64,000 nt of DNA from Porphyromonas sp. (GCF_030529325.1 NZ_JAUMXC010000001.1:52342-116341), one strand, 5' to 3'. Shown: positions 19,645 to 29,581, numbered from the stretch's first letter. Numbers and translations: made by a program. Notes: generated by a model not told the origin, from the sequence alone.

Positions 19645-20805
19645 CTAACGATTACGAGTCCAGGCTCTACTACGCTGCCTTGCTTCGGCGTCTATGTCTC
19701 TTAGTTGAACGACACCCGATATGTTGCGGCTTCCCATATTGTCCATAGTGTCTCTTATCAAGCGAGGAATATCCGTAAATCCAATACCTCCACTAAGGAA
19801 CCGTTCTACAGCAATCTCATTTGCAGCATTCATGACACAAGGTGCTGTTCCCCCCATCTCGATAGCTTCAAATGCTAAATCCAGACAAGGAAAAGCATCT
19901 CTGCGTGGGACTTCAAATGTAAGATTGCAAAGATCTGAAAGACTCGGAAGTGGCAAGTCGATATCCAAACGGTTGGGAAACAAGAGACCATAGGCGATAG
20001 GCAACCTCATATCAGGCATACTCAGTTGAGCTTTGACACTACCGTCCCTATAACCGACCATGGAATGAATGATACTCTGACGGTGTATAGCGATCTCAAT
20101 ATCCTTGGGAGAGACGTCGAACAACCACTTGGCTTCTATCATTTCCAAGCCTTTGTTCATCAATGTTGCCGAATCTATCGAGACCTTTTTACCCATATCC
20201 CACTTGGGGTGATTCAAAGCTTGTTGAGGTGTCACCCGCTGTAGTTCTTCTGTCGTAAAATCCACAAAGGGACCTCCTGATGCCGTCAGGTAGATACGAG
20301 ATACAGCATCACTCTTGTCCCCATACAGGCACTGAAATATGGCAGAGTGTTCCGAGTCTACCGGGATGATTGGAGACATCTTTTGGCGACTCAACTGCAT
20401 GATAAGCTCACCTGCTACAACAAGAGTTTCCTTGTTGGCAAGGGCTATCGTGCGCCCTGTCTCCATAGCATGGATTGTAGGAGCAAGTCCGGCAAAACCA
20501 ACCATCGCTGTAAGAACGGTATCGGCCTCATATGATCCTGCGATGTCACAGACCGCTTCTTCGCCCACAAGTATCTCTATACTTTCGCCGGCAAGTTCTT
20601 TCTTCAAGTATTTGTATTGCATTTCACTTGCAATTGCAACCATTTGAGGTTTAAACTCCTTAGCCTGTCGGATAAGCAGATCGACATTGCTGTGGCACAC
20701 GAGGGCATACACAGAGAGGATGTCTCTATGCTTTGAGATCACATCTAATGCTTGAGTACCTATGGAACCGGTACTCCCCAGTATGGTAACTTTTTTTGGG
20801 GTCAT
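19645..20805 (-). CDS. dxr: 1-deoxy-D-xylulose 5-phosphate reductoisomerase
   Basis: KVTILGSTGSIGTQALDVI N-terminus; 386 aa. Confidence 0.9.
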   Translation of the reverse strand: MTPKKVTILGSTGSIGTQALDVISKHRDILSVYALVCHSNVDLLIRQAKEFKPQMVAIASEMQYKYLKKELAGESIEILVGEEAVCDIAGSYEADTVLTAMVGFAGLAPTIHAMETGRTIALANKETLVVAGELIMQLSRQKMSPIIPVDSEHSAIFQCLYGDKSDAVSRIYLTASGGPFVDFTTEELQRVTPQQALNHPKWDMGKKVSIDSATLMNKGLEMIEAKWLFDVSPKDIEIAIHRQSIIHSMVGYRDGSVKAQLSMPDMRLPIAYGLLFPNRLDIDLPLPSLSDLCNLTFEVPRRDAFPCLDLAFEAIEMGGTAPCVMNAANEIAVERFLSGGIGFTDIPRLIRDTMDNMGSRNISGVVQLRDIDAEARQRSRAWTRNR

Positions 20806-21070
20806 TTTTCCTGAAACAATTTGGCAGAGTTACTCCAAGCCTTTAAAACTGCATCTGATTAATACACATCTGATTAAGCCTAAACCTATGGAAACCACAA
20901 GCTTCTTAGTCTGCTGTATATCTTGACAAAGTTAAGCTTTTTTGGCGATATTACAGAAGCATTTTTCGAGCACAGTCCTCCATATGTATTGCCCCCTCTC
21001 GATGCACACATGGGAATGCGGGATCAAGAGGGGGCAATTGTTTATTCCTTTAATATCTTGAGCTTATCGA

Positions 21071-21817
21071 TCAGTCAAGCCCTTTAAATTCTTGATCAAA
21101 CTTGATATCACGAACATTGTAAAACACATCAGACTCATCAGTAAGGAAGTATTGGTTATTTTTATCCATGTTATTCCTATCGTACTTGGTGAGTTTCACT
21201 CTTGCAGGCTTATCACCACCATTGTTGATAATATACAAGTTGAGGTAAGGAATACCATTGTTACTCTTGGTGTACTGACGTCCCTCATCAACTTTGACAC
21301 GGATGGTATAAGGCTTGGTAGGATTATATCCATTATCATAGCGGGCACCGTCGAGGTATGCTGCATACTGATATGGTTTCTTATGTCCACCCTTAAGCTT
21401 ATTCATAAGAGAGCCTTGTGGATGTATATAATCCTTGGTACCCATGATTTCGAGACACTGTTGACCGATCTGAGGATTACGGCGATACATTTCGAGTGCC
21501 ATGATATTGAGTGCTGCCGCCCCGTGAGGAGTCTTTGCGATCTGATTGCGCACATCTCTAAACTCTTCCACAGACGCAGGAAATCTGTTAAATGATACAG
21601 AACCGCTCTGTCCCGAAACAAAGTCTGTAGGATTGATCTCTCCACTGAGACTTAACGAAAGTGCAGGACGAGTATCGGTATTAGGCTGATCCGAATTATC
21701 CTTGCTTGATGTATCGGGCTTTTTAGCCTCAGGATTTCCGGAACCGCAAGCAACGATTGATAATGATACGACTGCCATAATAGCAAGAAGAGAAAAGTGC
21801 AGTCTGTTTTTCTTCAT
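21071..21817 (-). CDS. Hypothetical lipoprotein
   Basis: Signal peptide + lipobox LSIVAC; Ser/Asp/Thr-rich linker; no recognisable domain. Confidence 0.5.
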   Translation of the reverse strand: MKKNRLHFSLLAIMAVVSLSIVACGSGNPEAKKPDTSSKDNSDQPNTDTRPALSLSLSGEINPTDFVSGQSGSVSFNRFPASVEEFRDVRNQIAKTPHGAAALNIMALEMYRRNPQIGQQCLEIMGTKDYIHPQGSLMNKLKGGHKKPYQYAAYLDGARYDNGYNPTKPYTIRVKVDEGRQYTKSNNGIPYLNLYIINNGGDKPARVKLTKYDRNNMDKNNQYFLTDESDVFYNVRDIKFDQEFKGLD

Positions 21818-22088
21818 GTTAGTTTTTTAATGTATTAAACAGTTAATAAAATAGATAGTATACAGTTTTGATTGATCGATCATACTTGCCAATCAGCAAA
21901 CACAAATGCCCGACACAGTCAAGAGTATAAATCTCCGGACTGAAAGAAATCGCACAAAAAGCTCCGCTCTAAAACTCTAATAAGAATTGAAAACCTCCCA
22001 ATCCTCCCCCAAGTTTCATGTGGTTTTTATGTATCAACCGCAAAGGTATAAAAAACAAAATTAAACTTAACACACACCTCAAACATTA

Positions 22089-22232
22089 CAGGGCAACCGC
22101 ATCAAAAATCTCGATAAAATACAAGTTGCTGATTTTCAAATGATTGCATTTTAGGATTATATTCAAAGATAAAGAATGCACTCAAAACCATGATTGATAA
22201 TCAGGCACTTACATTTTGATGCGATTGCCCTG
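22089..22232. mobile_element. 144 bp MITE with 19 bp terminal inverted repeats (CAGGGCAACCGCATCAAAA / rc CAGGGCAATCGCATCAAAA) and perfect 9 bp target-site duplication CAAACATTA (22080-22088 and 22233-22241)
   Basis: IRs and TSD read directly from the sequence; the same terminus CAGGGCAACCGCATCAA flanks the transposase remnant at 40495. Confidence 0.75.
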
Positions 22233-22311
22233 CAAACATTACCCCACCTTGAGTCAGAGAGTTTTTTTCTGAATAGGGTATCAAGAATGAGATGTACATC
22301 TCTCGAAATCG

Positions 22312-22373
22312 ATATGCCTACCTTGAGAAATGAAGTTGTCTAACTTGACGCATCAAGTTAGACAACCTTTTTC
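22312..22373 (+). repeat. Copy 3 of the structured repeat family (hairpin GTTGTCTAACTTGA-cgca-TCAAGTTAGACAAC + T5)
   Basis: Near-identical to copies 1/2/4/5; sits 193 bp upstream of the aminotransferase ATG. Confidence 0.8.
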
Positions 22374-22507
22374 AAGGCCTCAAAAGACATTGAAGCTCAA
22401 GGGGGTCGAAACATTTTGCCATTGAGCTATTACCCCACCATTAGTGAAATTTTCGGGTCTATCCGCCCAATACTTATAACAATATATGCATGACTGTTAT
22501 TTTTACG

Positions 22508-22515
22508 TATCTTTG
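22508..22515 (+). promoter_or_regulatory. -7 promoter box TATCTTTG upstream of the aminotransferase gene
   Basis: Matches TAnnTTTG about 50 nt upstream of ATG 22566. Confidence 0.3.
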
Positions 22516-22565
22516 TAAGTCGAAGGGCAAATAAACCTCTACAATTACAATAAGGAATTTTTACG

Positions 22566-23594
22566 ATGCAAAAGAAAAAGGTGAGATCATCCGACACCTC
22601 GGACATGAAGCAGGTGGTGGATTTTAGTACTGTATTGTGGCATGGTGCAGATCTGAGCAAACTCAAAATGCACCTTATAGATAATATTGACCTGATAAGT
22701 ACCAGACCCGAACGCTCGGCTGATACGATCTCACGTCTCTTGTCTCGACGTATCGAAGTACGTGAGGATGAACTATTGGTAACCTCCGGAAGTACCGGGG
22801 CAATACATCTCCTCGCTAAAAGCTCTTCGGGAAGCAAATCCTTGATCATTGCCCCCACCCATCAGGAGTTTAGGACAGCCTTGAACAAGGCGGGACATAC
22901 AGTCACAGAGATAGAAGGTTGCGCAGATGTGAGCAAACTGCCTCTTGACGGTATCCAATATTGCTGGCTATGCACACCAAACATCACTGATGGAAGATTG
23001 TGGAGTCGTGCCTCCCTCATTTCTTTGATCAAAGAAAATCCGAATGTCACTTTCATAGTGGACATCTCCATGGCTTCATTCGTCGTTGAGGAAACTCTCC
23101 GCCCATCTGATGTCAAAACATACAAAAATTTGATCATTGTGTCCTCTTTCTCCAAGGCTTACAATATCCCCGGCATGAGAGTCGGTTACATTGTAGCTCG
23201 TAAAAACATCATTACAGATCTAAAAGAAAAGAGAACGCCTTGCACAATCGGAGCATTAGCAGTCGAAGCCATACGTTTTATCTTGATCCATCCGGCACAA
23301 TTTACACTGCCTGCACGTAAATGGCATCGTAGTGCGACAGAACTGAAAAACAGACTTACAGCAATTGATGGAATAGAAATATTACCCTCAGCCACTGCTT
23401 TTTTTGTAGTACGCCTTCTTGACCGAGACGCTGTCAAGCTCAACGAATACCTCATGGAGGAATACAACATGAAGGTCGGAGTCTGCACAGATGGCTTGGA
23501 TCTCAAACCTAACGAATTCAGGGTAAGTGCCCTTGACAACGAATCAAACAAGGCGTTGGCAGAAGCTATTTCAAACTGGATGAAAGACAGATAA
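22566..23594 (+). CDS. PLP-dependent class I/II aminotransferase (CobD threonine-phosphate decarboxylase / HisC-like)
   Basis: PLP-lysine motif SFSKAYNIPGMRVGY; about 340 aa. Confidence 0.7.
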   Translation: MQKKKVRSSDTSDMKQVVDFSTVLWHGADLSKLKMHLIDNIDLISTRPERSADTISRLLSRRIEVREDELLVTSGSTGAIHLLAKSSSGSKSLIIAPTHQEFRTALNKAGHTVTEIEGCADVSKLPLDGIQYCWLCTPNITDGRLWSRASLISLIKENPNVTFIVDISMASFVVEETLRPSDVKTYKNLIIVSSFSKAYNIPGMRVGYIVARKNIITDLKEKRTPCTIGALAVEAIRFILIHPAQFTLPARKWHRSATELKNRLTAIDGIEILPSATAFFVVRLLDRDAVKLNEYLMEEYNMKVGVCTDGLDLKPNEFRVSALDNESNKALAEAISNWMKDR

Positions 23595-23611
23595 GTCATA
23601 TCTAGACAGAG

Positions 23612-24289
23612 ATGTTGCTGGAGACCTTACTGAAAGGCATACTTATAGGGATTATTGTTTCTGCCCCTATGGGTCCCATAGGAATGCTGTGTGTCAGACG
23701 CACAATGGCGAGGGGGAAACGATATGGACTACTGACAGGGCTTGGAGCAACTGTCAGTGATCTTATTTATGCCTTTTTGACCCTGCTTGGGGTAGGTGCA
23801 TTCATCGACTTTATCATAAAATATACAGATCACCTCCAGTTGGCAGGCAGTATCTTCATGATACTCTTTGCCATATATGTCTTTTTTGGGAATCACTCCC
23901 TGGAGCCCCCTACAAGAAAGGGCAAGAATAAGGAAAAGAAAAATGGTGGTATATTTTATTCGGATGAAAAGAAATCAGACTTTCAAGTATTCCTCTCCGC
24001 ATTTCTCCTTACTTTTGGAAACATCCTGATAGTACTCCTTTATATAGGACTATTTGCCCAGTTCTCATTTGTCTCGGAAGGAGCCACTTATCAAAGCCTC
24101 TTATTGGGTCTGGTCGGGATCGGTATAGGCGCAATACTTTGGTGGTATATAGTGACAACAATCTTGATAAAAGTGAAGCAGTGGTTCAATGTCACCAGCC
24201 TGCTATACTTCAACAGGGGCATAGGGAGCATCATCTTCTTTTTGGGGATATATGGTATCATAGCAGCACTTTCAGGCCTGCTGCCATAA
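23612..24289 (+). CDS. LysE/RhtB family amino-acid efflux transporter
   Basis: 225 aa, 6 TM, LysE-type N-terminus. Confidence 0.75.
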   Translation: MLLETLLKGILIGIIVSAPMGPIGMLCVRRTMARGKRYGLLTGLGATVSDLIYAFLTLLGVGAFIDFIIKYTDHLQLAGSIFMILFAIYVFFGNHSLEPPTRKGKNKEKKNGGIFYSDEKKSDFQVFLSAFLLTFGNILIVLLYIGLFAQFSFVSEGATYQSLLLGLVGIGIGAILWWYIVTTILIKVKQWFNVTSLLYFNRGIGSIIFFLGIYGIIAALSGLLP

Positions 24290-24354
24290 CCAACCCTCTG
24301 AGAATAAATATTTTTTGATAACTTTGTCCAATAATAAAAGAATAAAGATAGAAC

Positions 24355-24942
24355 ATGGATAAAATCAGCTATGCATTAGGCTTAAGCATCGGTAATAACT
24401 TCAAGGCTTCAGGCGTAAACTCCATCGTAGTAGAGGATTTCGTTACAGGTCTCAGTGATGTGTTGGCAGACAAAGACCCTCAGATCACTTATGAAGATGC
24501 AAAAGTCGTCATCAACGAATACTTTATGAAGTTACAACAAGAAAGATTTGAAAATAACAAGGCTGCAGGGGCTGAGTTCTTAAAGATCAACGGATGTCGT
24601 GAAGATGTAACGACTCTCCCTTCAGGACTTCAGTACCAAGTACTCACGATGGGCGATGGACCAAAACCAACCTTGAGTGACAGCGTGAAGTGTCACTACC
24701 ATGGAACCCTCATCAATGGAGTGGTCTTTGACTCCTCAATCAATAGAGGCGAGCCTGCAGTTTTCACTCTCACCGGAGTCATCAAAGGATGGACAGAAAT
24801 ACTTCAACTCATGCCGGTAGGATCCAAGTGGCGTGTGATTATCCCTTATGATCTCGCTTACGGAGAAGGAGGAGCAGGACAAAGCATAGAACCTTACAGC
24901 ACGCTCATCTTTGACATTGAACTACTTGCCATAGAGAAATAA
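24355..24942 (+). CDS. FKBP-type peptidyl-prolyl cis-trans isomerase (FklB/FkpA-like)
   Basis: N-terminal dimerisation domain plus FKBP domain (GTLINGVVFDSS...PVGSKWRVIIPYDLAYG). Confidence 0.85.
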   Translation: MDKISYALGLSIGNNFKASGVNSIVVEDFVTGLSDVLADKDPQITYEDAKVVINEYFMKLQQERFENNKAAGAEFLKINGCREDVTTLPSGLQYQVLTMGDGPKPTLSDSVKCHYHGTLINGVVFDSSINRGEPAVFTLTGVIKGWTEILQLMPVGSKWRVIIPYDLAYGEGGAGQSIEPYSTLIFDIELLAIEK

Positions 24943-24994
24943 CAGAGACAAGGAAAGAACAAAAAATTAATAATAGAAAAACATCCATTAAACT

Positions 24995-25705
24995 ATGAAG
25001 AAGATTGTATTTTCATCGATCCTCGGACTCGTTGCGACTGCAATGGTTTCGTGTGGTGGTGGCGTTTCATCAAACGTCTCTATCAAAACTCCTATCGATA
25101 CAGCAGCTTATGCTGTAGGTTTTGCTAATGGCCAAGGTTTGGCAGCTTCATTGAAAGGTTTCCCCGGAGACTCTCTTGATGGCAAGCTCATCGCTGCCGG
25201 TCTTTACGATGCACTTGTAGGCAACCCCGGTAAGATGACAGTGGAAGATGCACAGAAGTTCATCCAAAAGTATGTTGAAGACATACAAGTTCAAATCAAG
25301 AACAGAAATATCGAGGAAGAGCAAACATTCCTTGAAAAGAACAAGTCTGCTGAAGGTGTCATAACAACAGAAAGCGGTCTACAATACAAGTATGAAGTAG
25401 AAGGAACAGGTGCAAAGGCAACATCACCAAAGGACACTGTAGTTGTTCACTACAAGGGTACGACTCTTGATGACAAGCAGTTCGACTCTTCTTATGATCG
25501 TGGTGAACCCTCAACATTCCCTCTTGATGAAGTTATCTCAGGTTGGACAGAAGCTTTCCAAATCTTCCCTGTAGGTAGCAAGATCACTATGTGGCTTCCT
25601 TCAGCTCTTGCATACGGAGAAAGAGATTTGGGCGAATTCGGTCCTAACCGCCTTCTTCGTTTCGAGTGCGAACTCCTAGAAGTACGTCCATACAAGGGTA
25701 AGTAA
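24995..25705 (+). CDS. FKBP-type peptidyl-prolyl cis-trans isomerase, lipoprotein
   Basis: Lipobox MVSCGGG; FKBP domain (HYKGTTLDDKQFDSS...WLPSALAYG). Confidence 0.85.
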   Translation: MKKIVFSSILGLVATAMVSCGGGVSSNVSIKTPIDTAAYAVGFANGQGLAASLKGFPGDSLDGKLIAAGLYDALVGNPGKMTVEDAQKFIQKYVEDIQVQIKNRNIEEEQTFLEKNKSAEGVITTESGLQYKYEVEGTGAKATSPKDTVVVHYKGTTLDDKQFDSSYDRGEPSTFPLDEVISGWTEAFQIFPVGSKITMWLPSALAYGERDLGEFGPNRLLRFECELLEVRPYKGK

Positions 25706-25725
25706 TACATCGCCTTATAAATCAC

Positions 25726-25775
25726 CACCGGGCGGGTCATTCTTAGAAAGGAAGACTCGCCCGGTGTCGTTATAT
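25726..25775 (+). terminator. Terminator-like hairpin after the FKBP genes
   Basis: CACCGGGCGGGTC...GACTCGCCCGGTG stem followed by T-rich tail. Confidence 0.4.
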
Positions 25776-25825
25776 TCACACGGGGATAAGGGGATAAGAA
25801 GTTTTCATAGGTCATCGAAATTGTC

Positions 25826-25833
25826 TACATTTG
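25826..25833 (+). promoter_or_regulatory. -7 promoter box TACATTTG upstream of pdxJ
   Basis: Matches TAnnTTTG. Confidence 0.3.
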
Positions 25834-25893
25834 TAGGGTTAGGGGTAATGATACAAGTATCCTCTGACGGTATATATATTAAGAAAACGCATT

Positions 25894-26619
25894 ATGACAA
25901 AACTTAGTGTAAATATAAATAAGGTAGCCACCATTAGAAACGCACGAGGAGGTAACAACCCCGATGTGATCCAGGTTGCACGAGATGTACAGGCATTCGG
26001 AGCACAAGGTGTGACTGTACACCCTCGTCCGGATGAACGACATATACGTTATGCCGATGTGTACGCACTTAGAGAAGTAGTGCATACCGAATTCAATATC
26101 GAGGGGTATCCATCAGATGACTTTATCCAACTCGTATCTGAGGTACGACCCGAGCAAGTGACTCTCGTACCGGACCCACCCGAAGTATTGACAAGTAATG
26201 CAGGATGGAGAGTCAGAGAACACTTTGATTTCCTGAAGAAAGTACTTGAACACTTCCACGGAAAAGGGATAAGGACATCCATATTCATAGATACAGACTT
26301 GGCCAACATCCGTGATGCAGCAGAAGTTGGTGCAGATAGAGTGGAACTATACACTGAGCCTTACGCTCAAATGTATCACACCGACAGAAACATCGCAGTG
26401 GCGCCATTCGCCAAGGCCGGTAAATATGCCAAAGAGTGTGGATTGGGACTTAATGCAGGACATGATTTGGATTTGGAAAATCTTGAGTTCTTACATAACA
26501 ACCTACCACAATTGGATGAGGTCTCTATCGGTCATGCACTTATCTGTGACGCCTTGTATATGGGACTTGAAAACACGATTAGAGAATACCGTAAAAGGCT
26601 TGGGCACACAGGTCTATAA
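25894..26619 (+). CDS. pdxJ: Pyridoxine 5'-phosphate synthase
   Basis: [25 protein letters not shown]-terminus; 241 aa. Confidence 0.9.
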   Translation: MTKLSVNINKVATIRNARGGNNPDVIQVARDVQAFGAQGVTVHPRPDERHIRYADVYALREVVHTEFNIEGYPSDDFIQLVSEVRPEQVTLVPDPPEVLTSNAGWRVREHFDFLKKVLEHFHGKGIRTSIFIDTDLANIRDAAEVGADRVELYTEPYAQMYHTDRNIAVAPFAKAGKYAKECGLGLNAGHDLDLENLEFLHNNLPQLDEVSIGHALICDALYMGLENTIREYRKRLGHTGL

Positions 26620-26668
26620 TTTCATATAACAATAATATAATAGAAGATTAATATAACTAAGATAGATT

Positions 26669-27379
26669 ATGTCAGTACTACTTCAAGTCGCTACCGATAC
26701 CGTAGCATCTGCTATGCCAAATCTCTCAACAGCAGAAGTTGTGGCAGCTGAACCACTCACGCTGTTGAGCTTGGCTACTAAGGGAGGATGGGTTATGATT
26801 ATCCTTTTGCTCCTATCCATCATTGCCTGTTATATCTTCGTCGAAAGACTACTTTTGATCAAAAAATCAGCAAAGATTGACCCACACTTTACCAATCGCA
26901 TCAGAGATTACATCCAAGAGGGGAAGATATCTTCGGCAATAACACTTTGTGAGACCCAAAGTACTCCCGGTGCCCGCATGATACACAAGGGAATACAGAG
27001 ACTTGGACGCCCTATGCAGGATATTTCAGCAGCCATTGAAAACGTAGGCAATATCGAAATAGCAAAACTTGAGCGTCACTTACCATTTCTCGCAACCATA
27101 GCTGCAGGGGCTCCCATGATAGGCTTTTTGGGGACTGTGACAGGTATGATCCGCGCTTTTTATGACATGGCAAATGCCGGTGCAAACGTAGATGTAACTC
27201 TTTTGTCTGCCGGTATCTATGAAGCTCTTGTCACTACCGTAGGTGGACTCATAGTGGGTATTGTGGCTCTATTTGCGTACAACTATCTCGTTGGGTTGGT
27301 AGACCACGTCGTGACCAAGTCAGAAACGCAAGCCTTGGAATTCATGGATATGATAAACGAACCGGCAAAGAGAGCCTAA
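26669..27379 (+). CDS. exbB: MotA/TolQ/ExbB proton-channel protein
   Basis: 3 TM with conserved C-terminal TM2/TM3 (GFLGTVTGMIRAF). Confidence 0.85.
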   Translation: MSVLLQVATDTVASAMPNLSTAEVVAAEPLTLLSLATKGGWVMIILLLLSIIACYIFVERLLLIKKSAKIDPHFTNRIRDYIQEGKISSAITLCETQSTPGARMIHKGIQRLGRPMQDISAAIENVGNIEIAKLERHLPFLATIAAGAPMIGFLGTVTGMIRAFYDMANAGANVDVTLLSAGIYEALVTTVGGLIVGIVALFAYNYLVGLVDHVVTKSETQALEFMDMINEPAKRA

Positions 27380-27391
27380 CCTTTTAAGATT

Positions 27392-27802
27392 ATGAAGTTA
27401 AAAAGAAGAAGTAAGGCAGTAGATATCTTCAGCATGGCATCCATGACAGACGTGGTGTTTTTGCTGTTGATCTTCTTTATGGTCTCTTCTACCTTTGTCA
27501 TCCCAAGTGCACTCAAGGTGCTACTGCCACAGTCAAAGCAACAAACGGCAGCAAAGCCCCTCACTCGTGTGACCATAGATAAGAACTTGCACTACTATGT
27601 CGCAGTGGGAAAAGACAAGGACAGGGAGGTGACTTTCGAGGAGCTGGAGCCTTTTCTGCTGAGCGCATATAATGAAGATCCCGAGATGTTTGTAGCTCTT
27701 TATGCAGATGAAACAGTCCCTTATAAGGAAGTTGTAAAGGTTCTTAACATTGCCGTTGAGAATAAGTATAAGATGGTCCTTGCCACAAGGCCGTTAAAAT
27801 AG
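27392..27802 (+). CDS. exbD: Biopolymer transport protein ExbD/TolR
   Basis: Single N-terminal TM (MTDVVFLLLIFFMV), 136 aa. Confidence 0.85.
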   Translation: MKLKRRSKAVDIFSMASMTDVVFLLLIFFMVSSTFVIPSALKVLLPQSKQQTAAKPLTRVTIDKNLHYYVAVGKDKDREVTFEELEPFLLSAYNEDPEMFVALYADETVPYKEVVKVLNIAVENKYKMVLATRPLK

Positions 27803-27813
27803 GATCCTCTATC

Positions 27814-28695
27814 ATGATAGAGAATAACCGAAATAAAGATAAACTGCTATCTGCCATCATTACGGTGCTGCTACATGTAGGTATTGTGGCAGGTCTTTTC
27901 CTGATCATTCTTCCAAAGATTGAAATGGAAGAGCAAGGCGCTGTGCTGGTCAATATAGGAGATATAGATTTATCTGCAGGAACATTTACTCCTGCTCCCC
28001 TTGCACCTGCAACGCCACCTCCTACCCCATCTACACCTCAGCCGGAACCATCATCACAAGACACAGAAGAACTACTTTCTCAAGACAGTGAAGATGCTCC
28101 GGTCATAACACCTCCTAAAAAGAAAACAAAGGAAAAGCCTAAAACGAAACCTAAAGAGACAAAGACTCAGCCTGCAAAACCCGTCAAACCCATAGATACG
28201 GAGGCGAAGAAAAGAGAGGAGGAAGCACGTCGTACAGAGGAACAACGTCGCCAAAAAGAGCTTGAGGAACAGCAACGTCGTGATGCGATCAGCAAGTCTG
28301 TATCAGGGGCCTTTGGCTCTGCACAGAGCAAGGGCAGTGGTAGTGGCGAATCCGGAGATCGAAGAGAAGGCTCTCCTGATGGCAATGTGATACAAGGAGG
28401 GACCAATCAAGGTATTGGGGGCTTCGGATCCTTCAATCTCAACGGTCGGAGTCTTGCAGGGAGTGGTCTTCCACGTCCATCATACACCTCACAGATAGAG
28501 GGTACCATTGTTATCAAGATCGTTGTGAATCCCTCTGGGAAGGTCATCAACACCAGTATAGCTCCGGGCACCAACATCGCAGACACAAACATGCGAAACA
28601 GTGCGCTGAAGGCCGCAGGATCGGCGCAATTCAATGCGATAGACGGTATTAACAATCAAACAGGTACAATCACCTACAGATACAGACTCAGATAA
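27814..28695 (+). CDS. tonB: Energy transducer TonB
   Basis: N-terminal TM, Pro-rich spacer, Lys/Glu-rich region, C-terminal TonB domain. Confidence 0.8.
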   Translation: MIENNRNKDKLLSAIITVLLHVGIVAGLFLIILPKIEMEEQGAVLVNIGDIDLSAGTFTPAPLAPATPPPTPSTPQPEPSSQDTEELLSQDSEDAPVITPPKKKTKEKPKTKPKETKTQPAKPVKPIDTEAKKREEEARRTEEQRRQKELEEQQRRDAISKSVSGAFGSAQSKGSGSGESGDRREGSPDGNVIQGGTNQGIGGFGSFNLNGRSLAGSGLPRPSYTSQIEGTIVIKIVVNPSGKVINTSIAPGTNIADTNMRNSALKAAGSAQFNAIDGINNQTGTITYRYRLR

Positions 28696-28736
28696 TTACA
28701 AGAAATATCATACTAAATTATAATAAGGATATAATC

Positions 28737-29288
28737 ATGAAAGCATTGTTATTTTTTGCCAATGGTTTTGAAGAAACCGAAGCGATAGGAACTCTTGATG
28801 TTCTCCTCAGGGGGGGCGTTGATGTGCGTACAGTATCTATCACTGATGATCTTACTGTAGAAGGGGCTCATGGCCAAAAAGTCATTGTAAACACAACTAT
28901 CTCTGCGGTGAAAGATGAAACCGTAGATGCTCTCATATTGCCGGGCGGCATGCCGGGTGCGGCAAATCTTGCAGAATGTGAGACTCTCAGAGATATGCTG
29001 GTGAAGCATCATAAAGAAGGCAAAATTGTCTCTGCCATATGTGCTGCTCCTATGGCTCTTGCAAAAGCAGGATTGCTCAATGGTGTTGATGCCACTTGCT
29101 ATCCTGGCTTTGAAGGCGAACTATCGGGTGCAAACTGTAAGACTTCCGGTGTCGTCCATTCAGGGAACATCATAACCGGCAGAGGCCCGGGATACGTCTT
29201 TGACTTCGGGCTTACCTTAATTTCTGCACTAAAAGGCAAATCTGTAGCAGACGATGTCGCTGCAGGGTTACTCCTCGGAGGCCGTTAA
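28737..29288 (+). CDS. DJ-1/PfpI family protein
   Basis: 183 aa; nucleophile elbow AICAAP. Confidence 0.8.
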   Translation: MKALLFFANGFEETEAIGTLDVLLRGGVDVRTVSITDDLTVEGAHGQKVIVNTTISAVKDETVDALILPGGMPGAANLAECETLRDMLVKHHKEGKIVSAICAAPMALAKAGLLNGVDATCYPGFEGELSGANCKTSGVVHSGNIITGRGPGYVFDFGLTLISALKGKSVADDVAAGLLLGGR

Positions 29289-29310
29289 ATGTCATTATAG
29301 GTACGAGGAA

Positions 29311-29352
29311 GGGACTGTGTCAGTGCTAAGTCATGACACAGTCCCTTTTCTG
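29311..29352 (+). terminator. Rho-independent terminator after the DJ-1 gene
   Basis: GGGACTGTGTCA...TGACACAGTCCC 12 bp stem + TTTTCTGTT. Confidence 0.55.
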
Positions 29353-29581
29353 TTACCAAATTGGAGTTTAGAAGGTCTGCATAACAAAGTGATCTGCGAC
29401 ATGATCTCCATACTTGGTTCAAACAAAAAGCAAGAAGATGTTATTTTCCCCCAAGGAAAAAGGTATTTTTTTGTACCTTTGCCTTTAACCCCTTATTGTA
29501 CTCAAAGATTACCTTTGGAGCTAAGATTGAGGGAATATCAGAGTCAAAAACGTACACATAGAACATATACTGACAGCCCAA

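Noticed and set aside
22089-22232. Invertible-promoter (fin/IR-flanked shufflon) interpretation of the IR-bounded 144 bp segment
   Set aside because: The perfect 9 bp direct duplication immediately outside both IRs is the signature of transposition, not of a site-specific invertase. The same terminus also ends a transposase remnant elsewhere.
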